Shown here piece by piece: positions 41,675 to 53,853 of a stretch of DNA of 64,000 nucleotides. Position 1 is the stretch's first letter, and each line of letters begins with the position of its first letter. Under the pieces are notes generated by a model. That model had not been told where the DNA came from. It made no database searches and saw only the letters and a list, made by a program, of their open reading frames with translations. This DNA comes from an uncultured virus (IMG/VR IMGVR_UViG_2061766007_000442) (lineage: Duplodnaviria > Heunggongvirae > Uroviricota > Caudoviricetes). Location of the stretch: the IMG/VR virus record IMGVR_UViG_2061766007_000442; one strand, given 5' to 3'. Made by a program: the position numbers and the translations under genes.

Positions 41675-42912
41675 CCTTACCTCCCCATAAACTCTTTATT
41701 TTAACTGGTAATGTAGTAACTATTTCCTCACCATTATCATTATAAGTGCAAGTAAGAGTAAATTCACCCTTCTTACCAGTTAATACCTCAATCACACACT
41801 TGGTGCCATCTTGTTCAACTATTCTAACTAACTTAGAATCAACACTAAAGACACCTTCAGCTTCATATGTATAAAAGTCATATGGATAGACCTCCGCAGG
41901 TCCTTCAATATAAGGTTCAACCCAGTCAATTATAACATCCATACTATCGTCGCCATATGAAACAGTGTAACCACCAATTGCACCAGGATATATTCTTACT
42001 TTNNNNNNNNNNCCCTTCAATATAAGGTTCAGCCCAGTCAATTATAACATCCATACTATCATCACCATATGAAACAGTGTAACCACCAATTGCACCAGGA
42101 TATATTCTTACTTTACACATTTGACCTTCATCAACTATATCAGTAATAACAACCCTAGGATTACCAGTAACTTTCCACTCAATATTATCTTTATAATACT
42201 CTTTTGGAATGAAATAACCAACTGTTACATCTTGTTTGACAATTTCTTGACCAACAATATTGCTTTGGTCAGACATATTAATAACTTCTGGTAATTCTGC
42301 AATTGTATTATCATAATATTCTTGAACTTCTAGTTCTAATACTCCAGGTACAGAAATAGAATCTGTAACCTGAACTTCCCACATATGATTATCTACTTTA
42401 ATATGTGTAAATCTATCAAAAAACGCCCTCGTTTGAGGATTATTTTTAATAAAAATTGTACCAGATAAATTTAACTCATTAACATTGATACCACGTTTAA
42501 TAAACCAACGAATGTCAGTTTCAGTCGGTCCTTGAAAATAAATTCAATAAGTAGTATCATCAATGGTTAATGTATATCTACATCTAATAATTTCAGCCCT
42601 TAAATATGCTGTTTCAGTTAAAAAAGGAAGATAAACCATCCAGTGTGTACCATCATCTAAAACTTTAAATACATCACCAGGTTCTAGTTCTGAATCATAT
42701 TCAACCGAAACAATTTTCTTATCATAATCTGGTTTTAAATTATTTTCATTAATTAAAACCGGTCATGCTGCATGTAAAGGAGTCTCTATCATGCGGCTGT
42801 TATAATCGTTTTTTAGCGCTGCCCGCATACTTTTTAGCTTTTGACTGTTGATTCTGCCTATAGCATTACCACCCATTCATTGAATTCTAGCTGCTAGTGT
42901 GTTCATTGACAT
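41646..42912 (-). CDS. Putative head closure/neck protein (code 4; internal duplication at gap 42003-42012)
   Basis: ATG at 42912 and three TGA before ORF 41944..42384. Position in the head-tail module fits. Confidence 0.6.
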
Positions 42913-43219
42913 CGCGTTTCAACCTATCTACTAAACTGCAACACTCGAAAATAGTGCGGCGATACTTCATAAAATCTCCTTCTTCGCCTTCTTCAATTAA
43001 ACCTTCAAGTTTACAAATCAAAGAAAACAAATCTTGTTTTTCAGGAAATAAATTATACATACCTGTTAATTCAAGGGAGATTGTTTCAAGCGGTTTAATT
43101 CATTCTTCGCCCTCTTCCCGCATAGGTAGCAGTTTGAAAATTTGATTACCGACTCTTTTTAAACATTCTCCAAGAGTGTAAGAATCAGTATCAATACTAG
43201 ATTCAAACACACACAACAT
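42887..43219 (-). CDS. Hypothetical head-tail region protein, 110 aa (code 4; absent from ORF track)
   Basis: ATG overlaps the upstream TAA. QIFKLLPMREEGEE-[TGA]-IKPLETI; TAG at 42887. Confidence 0.65.
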
Positions 43220-43710
43220 TATAGTGGCTCAACAATCTGTGTATAGGCAGATAAGAAACTTCCATCTTTATCTTTTTTACTACGTCTGCGGTAGAGACGT
43301 TGTAGATGGAAACCTTTTTGTTCATATTGGGCTTTAAGTGCTGAAAGTTGTTTAATATGACTAGCTTGTGAAGTAAATTTAAAATCAGTACCGCTATATT
43401 TTTGTCTAATCAAATCTATAGTTGCAAGTTGATAACCAATTCACTCACTAATCATATATTCACGAATTATCATTTTTTCTTCAAGATTTAGTTTAACACC
43501 AAAAGTTTTATTTTCTAAATCAATAGAATCAAATAAATTCTTTTCTAGTGGAAATTCAAAGTGCGGCAATGCTGCCAAAAGAATTTCTTCCAATAATTCT
43601 TCTGTATCTTCCCTAGTCATTTCCATAAACATATCATCTGTAATACCAGCTAGGAAAAATTCAAATTGTTCTTGGAAAGGAGTGACTTCCGCAGTTGTCT
43701 CTTCTGGCAT
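43219..43710 (-). CDS. Putative head-tail adaptor, 163 aa (code 4)
   Basis: ORFs 43441..43710 and 43219..43413 join: YMISE-[TGA]-IGYQL...DFKFTSQASH. Confidence 0.7.
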
Positions 43711-43730
43711 TATAGCTCCTTTCTTAACAA

Positions 43731-44273
43731 TTATTTGCGAACTCGCCTTCCGCTAGACAATGTTTGAGTTTCAACTCTACGAGTGTGCGGTGCTTCAGCT
43801 GCCGCGGGATTATCTGCTTCAAGCTGTTCTTTTAACTGAATCATATTATTAATATCGACACCAGTAATATCTTGAATTGCTTTTCTTCTATTGGTGTCGG
43901 GAATTCTCAACTGTACAGCCCTGTCAATTAGCAATTCTTTAATACCATCAGGGCCAAACTCTAATGCATCCATTAGTTCATCCATAGGACGAGACGTAAG
44001 CGCCGCATCAACATCACGAAGTGTCCAATCATATTCTATCATGCTTGGGTCAACTCCAAATTCTTGACGAAGCTCTTGGTCTTTGATGCATAAATAATTA
44101 TGTAGAAGAATACGTCCACCATGTTGATAATTTAAACGACGTAATTCATCTACTTGAACTTTCTTTGTTTCAAAGGGATTAAAAACAACCCTACGATTTA
44201 ATTCATCAATCTTATAAACAACCATATGGTCTACAAGATTACGAACCTCGACAACATCTTTGTCTTGTAACAT
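43731..44273 (-). CDS. Head-associated hypothetical protein, 180 aa
   Basis: Intact ORF with GAGATAAAAGGAG leader, following the capsid unit. Confidence 0.65.
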   Translation of the reverse strand: MLQDKDVVEVRNLVDHMVVYKIDELNRRVVFNPFETKKVQVDELRRLNYQHGGRILLHNYLCIKDQELRQEFGVDPSMIEYDWTLRDVDAALTSRPMDELMDALEFGPDGIKELLIDRAVQLRIPDTNRRKAIQDITGVDINNMIQLKEQLEADNPAAAEAPHTRRVETQTLSSGRRVRK

Positions 44274-44308
44274 AATTTTCTCCTTTTATCTCTTTTTTTA
44301 AAAAAATA

Positions 44309-44336
44309 AGGGGAGGGAGAAAACGTCTCCCTCCCC
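44309..44336 (-). terminator. Intrinsic terminator closing the capsid(+extension) transcript
   Basis: GGGGAGGGAGA-cgttt-TCTCCCTCCCC followed by TTATTTTTT on the minus strand. Confidence 0.75.
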
Positions 44337-44428
44337 GAATTAAATTAATGTTCGGACACAATACCAATATATATGTTATATTATTTATAATAATATGTTT
44401 GGTTTATGTGACCATTGAACATATTATA

Positions 44429-45025
44429 TTATTGCTTTGTAACAATTGCAATATTATTATCTATTGTTATGTTACTGGTACTTGCAACATAATTTGCGAT
44501 AGCATATATGGTTTTTTCTGCAGGATTAAAAATACCACTGTAAATTACAATTGTTGCTTTATTGGTACGTCCATTTACTGCTTCGGTTGCACCATATACA
44601 TTTACATTATCCATATAACAAGATACATTGTTACTAGCTGCTGTCATTATAATAGCTGTATAACCATCTTTTATATTTTTAATGTTAATATTAGATAATC
44701 TTAACGTTCCATGTTCTCCTAAAATAGTTGGAGTAATACTTTCTGATTGTATTGTTCCATGTGTATCACTAATATTATCTGTATTAGCAAGGTCAGTAAT
44801 AGTAACTTCAATATCATCTCTAATTATTAGGTGACCACCATCATTCAAAATTAAAGAATAACCATGCAAATCAATATTAACAGAATTAGTTATTAGTAAA
44901 TCATTATCACAATTAATATTATCTGTTACAACAATTCAAGTATTACTATTAGCATTATTAATTGCAGTTTTAAGAGAATTAAAATTATCTACATATATCT
45001 CATTAGTATCGTCGCCCGGGTCTAC
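44429..45025 (-). CDS. 198-codon in-frame extension of the capsid gene (candidate readthrough product; beta-rich surface domain)
   Basis: Same frame as the capsid, immediately after TAG at 45026-45028. No RBS-linked start. One internal TGA (44936-44938). The SLKTAINNA...IDLHGYSL pattern resembles the start of beta-helix-like surface-protein domains. Confidence 0.6.
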
Positions 45026-46298
45026 CTACGGAGTAGTTGTACTTGTAGGTGTAGCTGTACCAGTGGGTGTTACTGTACCAGTAGGTGTTACTGTACCAGT
45101 AGGTGTTACTGTACTACTATCATCAGGAAGGTTATGTAAACGTGTTTCCTTCTTGAGATCTGTGTTGCGATAGCTAAGCATGAAGTTTGTGAAGAATGTA
45201 GCAATACCAAACTTCTGATATGTCTGGAAGTCTGTGCTCCAGTCATCATTATCTTCGCATGTACGGACGCAAGCGCCACCCTCGAAGACTAGCTTAACAG
45301 GCTTCTCGGCACCAACAGGCATAATGTAAGCTTGGGCAGGATCGATAACCTTCTCAGTATTGGTTTCATCAACNNNNNNNNNNACATGTGCGGACGCAAG
45401 CGCCACCTTCGAAGACTAGCTTAACAGGCTTCTCGGCACCAACAGGCATGATGTAAGCTTGGGCAGGATCGATAACCTTCTCGGTATTGGTTTCATCAAC
45501 CATAGACTGAGGAAGGATAATAACTTGGTGACCCTTGTAGTTGCCAAGCATACCATTGGCCCAGAGAGTGTCCTTCATGTTATCGGAGACCCAGCCCTCA
45601 GCAGGAAGCATCTTAGCAGCAAATTCAGCTGTGCAATAGATAGCAGAGCGGCCATAAGCATCGCCAATAGCTAGAAGTTCGTCCATTGTGGCCTCATCGA
45701 AACCAGCAACCTCCGCACGTTGAACGGCAGGAAGGTTCTGAACTGTAGCCTCAAGAGCCTTAGCAATCTCACGATAAATGTATTCATCCATACCCTCGAT
45801 AACGAGAGAGGTTAGGTCAGAGAATTGGATGCGGCCATCAAGGAATTCCTCGAAACCGATGCGAGCAGCGCCACCGATAGCAGCTGTCTGAACTTCAATC
45901 TCACGACCATCAAGCATGAAGACTTCGTAACGACCAGCGAGACCAACGCGGGTAACGAAATTCTTCTTAGCACGCTGACGAGCAGCCTCTGTGATGCGCT
46001 GACGGAAGATAGCCTTATCGCCCTGAGCAACACGCTGAACCTCAGCAAATTGCATATATTGCTGTTCAACCTTTGCAGGTAGAACTTCATTAATTGATTC
46101 CTCAATTAGACGGAAAATTGTATTCTGATTTTCCTTGTATGTACGATAGTCAGGTGCAAGAGCACGGAACTCTGTAGCTAAAGCTTCGTTGACCTGATCT
46201 AAAGAAAATGTTTCTTCACCAAAGGAGTAAGCAACTGGAGCCTTTGGATCGGCAGAAACAGCAATGCGAGCTAAGTCGCGTAGTTCTTTATAATCCAT
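45026..46298 (-). CDS. Major capsid protein (~381 aa after removing a ~127-nt assembly duplication)
   Basis: Follows portal, protease and decoration-like genes. GGAGGG RBS, high-expression codon bias, no TGA, and a C-terminal (TVTPTG)n tail. Confidence 0.85.
45029..45118 (-). repeat. 18-nt tandem repeat encoding a Thr/Pro-rich linker STVTPTGTVTPTGTVTPTGTATPTSTTTP
   Basis: Repeated ACTGTACCAGT(A/G)GGTGTT units. Confidence 0.9.
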
Positions 46299-46318
46299 TA
46301 TATGCTTCCCTCCTTCAA

Positions 46319-46828
46319 TTAGCTAAGAGATGTGACAGACTTGATGCACTGTAATTTAACAGCCGGTTGACCATCAGGAAGTGTGTACTCCTTGACAACA
46401 CGGAAAACAACGTCGCCATTACTACCAGCGGCAAGAATACCGTCGTCGCCAGGTGTAACGTCGTCGCCGACCTCAAGTTCTGTATTATCTGCGAACATAT
46501 TTGTTGTGAAAATATCACCAGCTACAATGCCGAAAACACGAGGATAGATCTTACCATCATAAGAGTCTTCTACCTTCTGTGCCCAGTCCTTGTGCATCTG
46601 GTGACGCTCATCATAAAGCTTTTCCTCGTTATAAACAAGCATCCAAGCGCCGTCACCATCGAAGTTGACTTCACCCGCAGCATAGTCATATTTAACAAAC
46701 ATACCGTTTTCAAGGACTTCAATGCCCTCTGCGGCGGGAAGCTGCGCATAGACGCGACCATCACGAGGAGCGGATAAATGATTAGGCTCTACCTGACCAT
46801 ATCCATCGCGTTTAATGGTAATTGCCAT
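46319..46828 (-). CDS. Head decoration/capsid accessory protein, 169 aa
   Basis: Lies between scaffold and capsid. Same GC-rich codon bias as the capsid; TAA stop. Confidence 0.65.
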   Translation of the reverse strand: MAITIKRDGYGQVEPNHLSAPRDGRVYAQLPAAEGIEVLENGMFVKYDYAAGEVNFDGDGAWMLVYNEEKLYDERHQMHKDWAQKVEDSYDGKIYPRVFGIVAGDIFTTNMFADNTELEVGDDVTPGDDGILAAGSNGDVVFRVVKEYTLPDGQPAVKLQCIKSVTSLS

Positions 46829-46850
46829 GTTAGCACTTTCCTCCTTTAAT

Positions 46851-48239
46851 TTACTTGTTTACTGTTTGACGGAGTGCTTGAACCAAACTAGGAACAAACC
46901 CCGCAACTTCATCATCTAGTGAGAATGTCATTGTCGGATCTTCTTCTTCCTTAACAGGCTGCTCGGCCTCGAAGCTAATATCTTCAGGCTGACCAGTTAA
47001 AGATTCAAAATCGACATTCTTGTGGACATAGATGACTGCCAGCTTAGACTCAATTTCTTCTAAGCTATACTCTGATTTGTGCTCAATAACATCTGCTTTA
47101 TCTTCATCAGAAAGCATATGATATGAGTTAATCAATGCATCCTTTTGCTGATTTTCAATGCCTAGCTTGAATTCACGTAACTCTTCTACCTCTGCGCGTA
47201 AGGAAGAAAGTTCGCTCTCCATAGCTTCAAATTCCTCTAATGAGTGATTTGTTGGCTTTTCTTCGTCCTCTTCTTCATCATCCTCATCTTCAGGCTCTAC
47301 TTCTTCGTCCTCGGAATCGTCCTTGTCGTCATCCTTAACGAATTCAGTTTCACCCTCGGGTTCGTCAGAAGAATCGTCAGCAGCACCGTCCGCATTACTA
47401 TAATCAACGACTTCTTCAGCTACAGGCTCTTCGACTGTTTCTTCAACAGCGAATTCCTCTGCAGGAGCTTCGGCCGCAGATTCATCAACAATTTCTGTTT
47501 GCTCTGCAAACTCGTCAGGCATACTCGACCCTCCTTTGCTTTGTAACGCTTCTTTTAATTCATTCATCATCGTAAATAAGGTTCGCTCAAATTCTTGCCT
47601 ATTGGAAAAATCTTTGCTAACCTCAGGAGATGTAACAGCACTACCTTCAAAGCAAGGTTCTACGTCATCCCCAAGAATGCACAGCTTACTAAAAACTGCG
47701 TCATTAATAATGAAAAACTCAACTCCGAGATTATTATCCGTTGCCCAATGTCCATCTAAAGTTTTATCATCAAGTTCCATTGACTGTGGTTGGCCTTGTG
47801 TAATTACTTTGTTAAGTTCTTCAAACTGACCAGACCATAAATAGCCTGTAGTCATTAAATAAGTGCGTTCAACTTGGTTCTGGAATTCATCAGTATCAAT
47901 AAAATTCTGGAACCATACTGGCGCATCTGGAGAAACAAAACCATAAGGAATTGTCTTACAAGAAAAAGTAAGTTCTCCATCTTCAATGTGCATGATATGG
48001 CCATGATCACCAAAATCTTCTTTCTGGTCATTCCAAGCAGCCACAATAGGTGTCCCCCGCAATGTCTTAGCCATATCCTCCGCAGTTGAACGATTAATAT
48101 AGGAACCATTGCGATTATGTCCAAGATAAAATACTTTAATTTCACACTTAGACATAAGAGGGTTAATATCCAAAGGTTCTAAATTAATAAACTGCGGCCC
48201 TTGAATTGCATTAACTTCAGAAATATTCTTTAAAGCCAT
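46851..48239 (-). CDS. Prohead protease/scaffold protein, 462 aa
   Basis: N-terminal HNRNGS...QSMEL...LCILGDDVEPCFEGS protease-like region and a highly acidic scaffold-like C-half. Confidence 0.75.
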   Translation of the reverse strand: MALKNISEVNAIQGPQFINLEPLDINPLMSKCEIKVFYLGHNRNGSYINRSTAEDMAKTLRGTPIVAAWNDQKEDFGDHGHIMHIEDGELTFSCKTIPYGFVSPDAPVWFQNFIDTDEFQNQVERTYLMTTGYLWSGQFEELNKVITQGQPQSMELDDKTLDGHWATDNNLGVEFFIINDAVFSKLCILGDDVEPCFEGSAVTSPEVSKDFSNRQEFERTLFTMMNELKEALQSKGGSSMPDEFAEQTEIVDESAAEAPAEEFAVEETVEEPVAEEVVDYSNADGAADDSSDEPEGETEFVKDDDKDDSEDEEVEPEDEDDEEEDEEKPTNHSLEEFEAMESELSSLRAEVEELREFKLGIENQQKDALINSYHMLSDEDKADVIEHKSEYSLEEIESKLAVIYVHKNVDFESLTGQPEDISFEAEQPVKEEEDPTMTFSLDDEVAGFVPSLVQALRQTVNK

Positions 48240-48250
48240 ACAACCCTCTC

Positions 48251-49804
48251 CTAACTCGCAGATTCTCTATTTTGTATTGTTTTTTCGGATTTTTGGTCAT
48301 CTGGTAATTCAGGGCGACCACCTTCCGAAGTAGGAGCATTACTATCACCTTTCTCTGTTTTATTATTATTACCACTCATAGTAGATGACATTTGCGGTGG
48401 AATAAATAACTCTTCCAAATGCAATAATTCATTCTCAAAATAAGCAGTTGCCATAACAGTACTTTGTGACTGCCCCAAAGCAACCTGTGGTAATAACTTA
48501 GAGAAACCAATTTGTGTTTGCTCTTTATATGTCTTAGATAAGTCTTTATAATTATAAATAGTAGTTGGTAACATAGTTACTTTATACTTTAAACGCTTTG
48601 TATTTTTATTAAAAGGCTTAAGTAAGCTTTCCGCATATTCCTCAAACTGTAATAATAAATCTGTCATTGTAGCTTCGTCGTTAGCAATTGATTTCTCCAA
48701 AGCAATATTACCATCTGTATTAAATTGCTTTTGACTAACACCAGCTTCATTATAAACAGTTCTTTCAACTTTGTCAAGTTGGTCAGCAGAACTCATATTA
48801 CCATTATCAGATAAATCTTCGACTTTAACATCTGCCAAAGTGGTTAAAACGCTAATTCCAATAGCGTCTCCAACCATTTCAACAGCATTATTATGAAATG
48901 CTTGAATTTCAGGTATATCAAAAATAGATTCACCATTTTTATCTAATGGCATCTCTTGAATAACTAAACGTAAAAGCTGTTGCTCCATACGTTTTTTATC
49001 TAAATCCTGGGCATCTTCTAAGTCTAAGAGCTTAGGGATAACCGCAACAAATAACGGAATATCGGTGTTACTAAGATTAAACTTAACAGTCCTATCTGGA
49101 TCCAGTACAAACCACCCTGATTCATCACCATTAAAATCTTTCTTTAGCGTACCGCGCTTATATGATAAATAAGCTTTTCTAAATTCTTCTGGGAATAATT
49201 TAAGTACTCTAATTTTATAATCAGCATCCGCAAATTTATCGTCAAAATATTTAATGTTAAACTCAACAATTGGTTTGCCATTAATTTTATAACGACTGCG
49301 GCAATAGTCTGGATGCAATTCTTGTAAATAAGCAGCTTCTCTTTGTTCTACCTTATAGCCATAATAACATCCATTTTTTACAACTTTAAGTGCGATTTCC
49401 CCAAAGTTCTTTCTTAGTCTACAATTATCCAAGAGGTTAGAAGCTTTATATCAACCTTCGATAATCTTCTCAGGTTTAATTTTATCATCATAAACTATCG
49501 GAGTAATCATTCAATCGTAACGATATAAATAAGCAATATATCTACAAAGACGCATATAAATACCATTCATAGCAAAATATCTTTGAGATATATCCCGCAA
49601 AGTTTTAATATCTTGTTCAGCTAAAGCTCTAACAATATCTTTACGTCTAAATGGACGATGGCGATGTCTATCAAATTTATAATCTACATCAAAAAATACA
49701 TCATTAGATAAAGTAGTTTTACCTATTTTAATTTTATTAAAATCCCTAGAGGTATGCGGGGATTCTGACTGCGAAGTTATTTTAAAATCGTTTGCGGTAG
49801 CCAC
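48251..49804 (-). CDS. Portal protein, 517 aa (code 4)
   Basis: ORFs 49511..49804 and 48251..49432 join via two TGA (YRYD-W, IEG-W). C-terminal GGRP motif; located between terminase and protease. Confidence 0.8.
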
Positions 49805-49815
49805 CGCTCACCTCC

Positions 49816-50172
49816 TTAATAACCTGCCGCCTTCATAATATACTCATACGTTATTTTAGGTTCATCATAATAAGGTATAGTAATTAATTTAATATTATGA
49901 TCTAAGCAGTATTTTCGTTTTTGTGTATCGTTGTATTTTTGCCTGCTGACACCACGTTGCCCACCAAATTTGCTTACGCTAGTATAGTGTTGTCGCCCTT
50001 GGGCTTCAATTAGAAAATCTAATGACCCATCCTCCGCAAAGCAAGCAAAATCAAAACGTAAAGCTCTTCCGCTTGACGCTATTAAATCATCGAAACTATA
50101 TTCCTCTTCAAAAGGAATACCATAATCAGTTAAAATATTATGTATTTTAACTTCTAAACTCGAAGCTAACAT
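49816..50172 (-). CDS. PD-(D/E)xK / Vsr-like endonuclease-fold protein, 118 aa
   Basis: LRFDF...LIEAQGRQHY...DTQKRKYC...IKLITIPY pattern. Confidence 0.7.
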   Translation of the reverse strand: MLASSLEVKIHNILTDYGIPFEEEYSFDDLIASSGRALRFDFACFAEDGSLDFLIEAQGRQHYTSVSKFGGQRGVSRQKYNDTQKRKYCLDHNIKLITIPYYDEPKITYEYIMKAAGY

Positions 50173-50229
50173 CAGTTTCTCCTTTTGCGCTATCTAATAA
50201 ATATTAAAATTATCTTATTTTAAATTATT

Positions 50230-51993
50230 CTATCTTACCCCAATTTTTTTACTATAAAACATTAAATCATTTGGATTAATCTTTGGACGTTTGCCTCGTT
50301 TATCTTCTTGTAATTTACACCAATATAAACCATAAATTAAAGCAGAAAATTTGTCCTTCTTGATTTTTTTAGAAGATTGTTTTAATATAATATGTGCACC
50401 ATCGTTTTCTTGAATTAAGTTTAACATTTGGTCTTTCAAGATAGAGGTCTGCACAAACGGTTGCAGGTACTCTGCACGCTTTACCGCACTCATCTTTTTA
50501 CCTTGCTCTTGGGCAAGTAATTTATTCTTTGCAATATTTTCATCTACTAAGAATTTAATGCGGCCTGCGCTCATTTGGGATTGACAATATGCATACATTT
50601 CTGAGTTCAAACTTTGATTTGCTTTCATAATATACATGGCGTTATGAATTGTATTTTCTGTCTCCATAGACTTATATACTCTATCTTCATCATTATAAAC
50701 GCCTCAATTAAATAATATCTCGCCTGTATCTGGGTCAGTTGTATCCATAGTCAACATATCTACGAGTCCCGCGCCCAGGCCGTTACCGTCGATGACGGCT
50801 ATGCGGCATTTAAATTGATTAAATAATCTTTTAATTTTAATCGCTTGCATACCAAAATGTTCTTCATCAAAAGAATAAATATTTACTAGACGTTTCAACA
50901 TTGCACCGGACGCCGCAGGTGTAACCTTGATAATACACACTTCAGTAGTACATCCAAAACGTCCAACGTCAACGCCCATAATATAATATCCCTCTTTAGA
51001 AGTTTTATTACTATATTTATATTCTGGAAGATTAATAATTCTATTTTTATCAAATTTAGATGATTCAAAAAAGGCAGACTCAATATCGCCAGTTCATTTA
51101 GATTCATACTCACGTTCAAATGATGCTTCGTTAAATGTACCATCTAATTTTAAGTCTTTAACAAAACTTTTTTGTAATAATCCTTCAATAACAGGAACGC
51201 GCCAAGAACCACCAAGAATCATTGCTTCTTTTGGACGCGCAACTGCTTTACATAATAATTGAATTAGTTTTTCATATGAGAACGTATTTTTGTAGCCCGC
51301 AGTAGTAACAAAAATTTGTGACTTGTTTAATACTTCGTCATCATCTGGTCCTCAACCAGGAATTCGTCTATTGACATTCAATGTTGGTATAATTACTTCA
51401 TTTAGAATATCTTGATCAATACCAACGCACTCTTCCATTAAACCAGCTTGGAAACGCCTACCCCTTGTTTTCTCGGTCGCCGCAACATTCTCTAATGTTG
51501 AACCATTCTTAAAAGTATATATAACACTATCTTTAGTTTGCGACGTACGCGCTCTCGTGCCTCGTGTATCTCATATAATTTCTTTTTCAAAAGCAGGTAT
51601 TAACTTACAAATTTCACCCACTTTGCTAGATAGAATTTGTGCAGACTGTTCTTTGCCGCCCGCAACAGTGAATAATTGTGAACCGGGATATAAAATAGCT
51701 TTAATCATTAAACACATAACTGACATAAAAGATTTTGACCATGCACGCACAAATGTAGCAAAAACATATCTGTGCCGCATAACAACTCTTAAGAATAATC
51801 TTTGATAAAAGAAAAAGTGAAATGAATTATCTGGGTTTAAACTACATAAAAAATCTACAAATCTATCTGGATAAACTCTTCAAAAAGCTATAATTTTTCT
51901 TAAATTATCTATATTCTTTAAAATAGTTTCTTTAGTAATCTCTTCTTCTTGTTCTCTAGTTTTTTGATTGGAGATAAGTGTATCTAGTGACAT
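50230..51993 (-). CDS. terL: Terminase large subunit, 587 aa (code 4)
   Basis: Walker A-like RAWSKS, Walker B LMEE, coupling motif VTTAG, FEREYESK-[TGA=W], nuclease MGVDVGR and KDKFSAL. One uninterrupted frame with five TGA. Confidence 0.92.
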
Positions 51994-51995
51994 AA

Positions 51996-53806
51996 CTACT
52001 CCTCTCCAAGAGACTCTAACAACTTCTCTGCGTCTTTTTCTATTTCATTTTCTAAAAACATCTGAAATTCTTCAGCCTCGTCGTCCGTCAATGCGTCGGC
52101 CGCAAGTTCTTCACTAGATGTAACTAAACCTTCTTCAAGACTTAAGTCACCTTCTTGTTCTGCTTTCTCTAACTTTNNNNNNNNNNGAACATCTGAAATT
52201 CTTCAGCCTCGTCATCTGTCAACGCGTCGGCCGCAAGTTCTTCACTAGATGTGACTAAACCTTCTTCAAGACTTAAGTCACCTTCTTGTTCTGCTTTTTC
52301 TAACTTTTCAATATAAGACTCAATCAAATCACCTAAACCAAGTTCAGTAGTAACTAAACCATATGTGTATGATTTCAAATCTCTAATAGTAAAATCTATT
52401 TTGTCTTGCGGATATTCATCTGGGTCAATGTACTGTGGAATCGGCCCACCTTCTTGCTCGCATAAAGCAATTAATTCTCCAACAGAATCAAGATAACGTT
52501 GTTTATCTTCTTTGTTTTGAGCTTCAGTAAATTTACCAGACTTCCGCAACTGGTCAAATACTGTAGCTAAACTTTTATAACCATTAACATCGCCAACATC
52601 TAATGTTTCATCCATTTTCAAAGAAGTTTTACACATTTTCTTTAATACTTCTTCGCGGTCAACATTTAATTCATATTCATTAGCATAACGTTTATACATT
52701 GTCTCCATTGCAATTCATTGCGCAGGTGTATAAACTGTACCTCACTTTAACATTAAGAATTGTATATCATCATCTGTAAGGGAATCAGTAATAGCAGATT
52801 CATCAATTTGATATTTAGGTAAGTCAGGTATCTCGAACTCAGGTGTGGAGTTCGACGACGCTGTCCCCGCAGACAATGTATTATATTGTGCTTCTGTTAT
52901 TTCTCCATTTTCTAGCTTAGTTAATAACTCTTGTTCTCTCTCTTGGGCAGCTGCGATTGCTGCGTCTGATTCTTGCTGTTGCTTCTTGTCCGCAAAATTT
53001 AGTTTATCAGTATCCGCATAACTATANNNNNNNNNNGTCCCCGCAGACAAAGTATTATATTGTGCTTCTGTTATTTCTCCATTTTCTAGCTTGGTTAATA
53101 ACTCTTGTTCTCTCTCTTGGGCAGCTGCAATTGCTGCGTCTGATTCTTGTTGTTGCTTCTTGTCCGCAAAATTTAGTTTATCAGTATCCGCATAACTATA
53201 CTGCTTATATTGAACCATGTTCATCGCCCGCAAATAGCGCCCTATTACAGACTTAGGGCCGAATGAACCAGGATTCTTTTTATATGTTTCATTACATAGT
53301 TGTACTCATTTTTTCTCGATGTAAGGTACATCAAACTTTTCTAAAATTCATGTAAAGGTTTCAGGTTTGCGGTTATCTATATACATAGTTAAACANNNNN
53401 NNNNNTAAATCTCTAATAGTAAAATCTATTTTATCTTGCGGATATTCATCTGGGTCAATATACTGTGGAATCGGCCCACCCTCTTGCTCACATAAAGCAA
53501 TTAATTCTCCAACAGAATCAAGATAACGTTGTTTATCTTCNNNNNNNNNNCTATTACAGACTTGGGGCCGAATGAACCAGGATTCTTTTTATATGTTTCG
53601 TTACAAAGTTGTACTCATTTTTTCTCGATGTAAGGTACATCAAATTTTTCTAAGATTCATGTAAAGGTTTCAGGTTTGCGGTTATCTATATACATAGTTA
53701 AACAATCTTTACAAATATCGTCGCGGTGTCCTGTTTTTAGCTTAAAGAATTCAGTCTCCGGTCGCGACCTCCCGCACTTTGTACAGGTTATGCGTTCTGT
53801 TGCCAT
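51996..53806 (-). CDS. Zn-finger-containing protein, probable terminase small subunit (code 4; several duplicated fragments)
   Basis: MATERITCTKCG...ICKDC, then FT-W-ILEKFDVPY and LMLK-W-G via TGA. Lies directly upstream of terL. Confidence 0.55.
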
Positions 53807-53853
53807 AGCTGCTCCTTTTTTCTCTATAAAAAAAGCCCCGCAGGGCTTTTATT

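Noticed and set aside
41881..53695. Direct repeats and apparent frameshifts at 41.9-42.1, 45.26-45.5, 52.06-52.3, 52.86-53.2 and 53.25-53.7 kb (possible DGR template/variable repeats)
   Set aside because: Each pair flanks a 10-N gap, differences are sparse and largely synonymous, and no reverse transcriptase is visible. These are assembly duplications.
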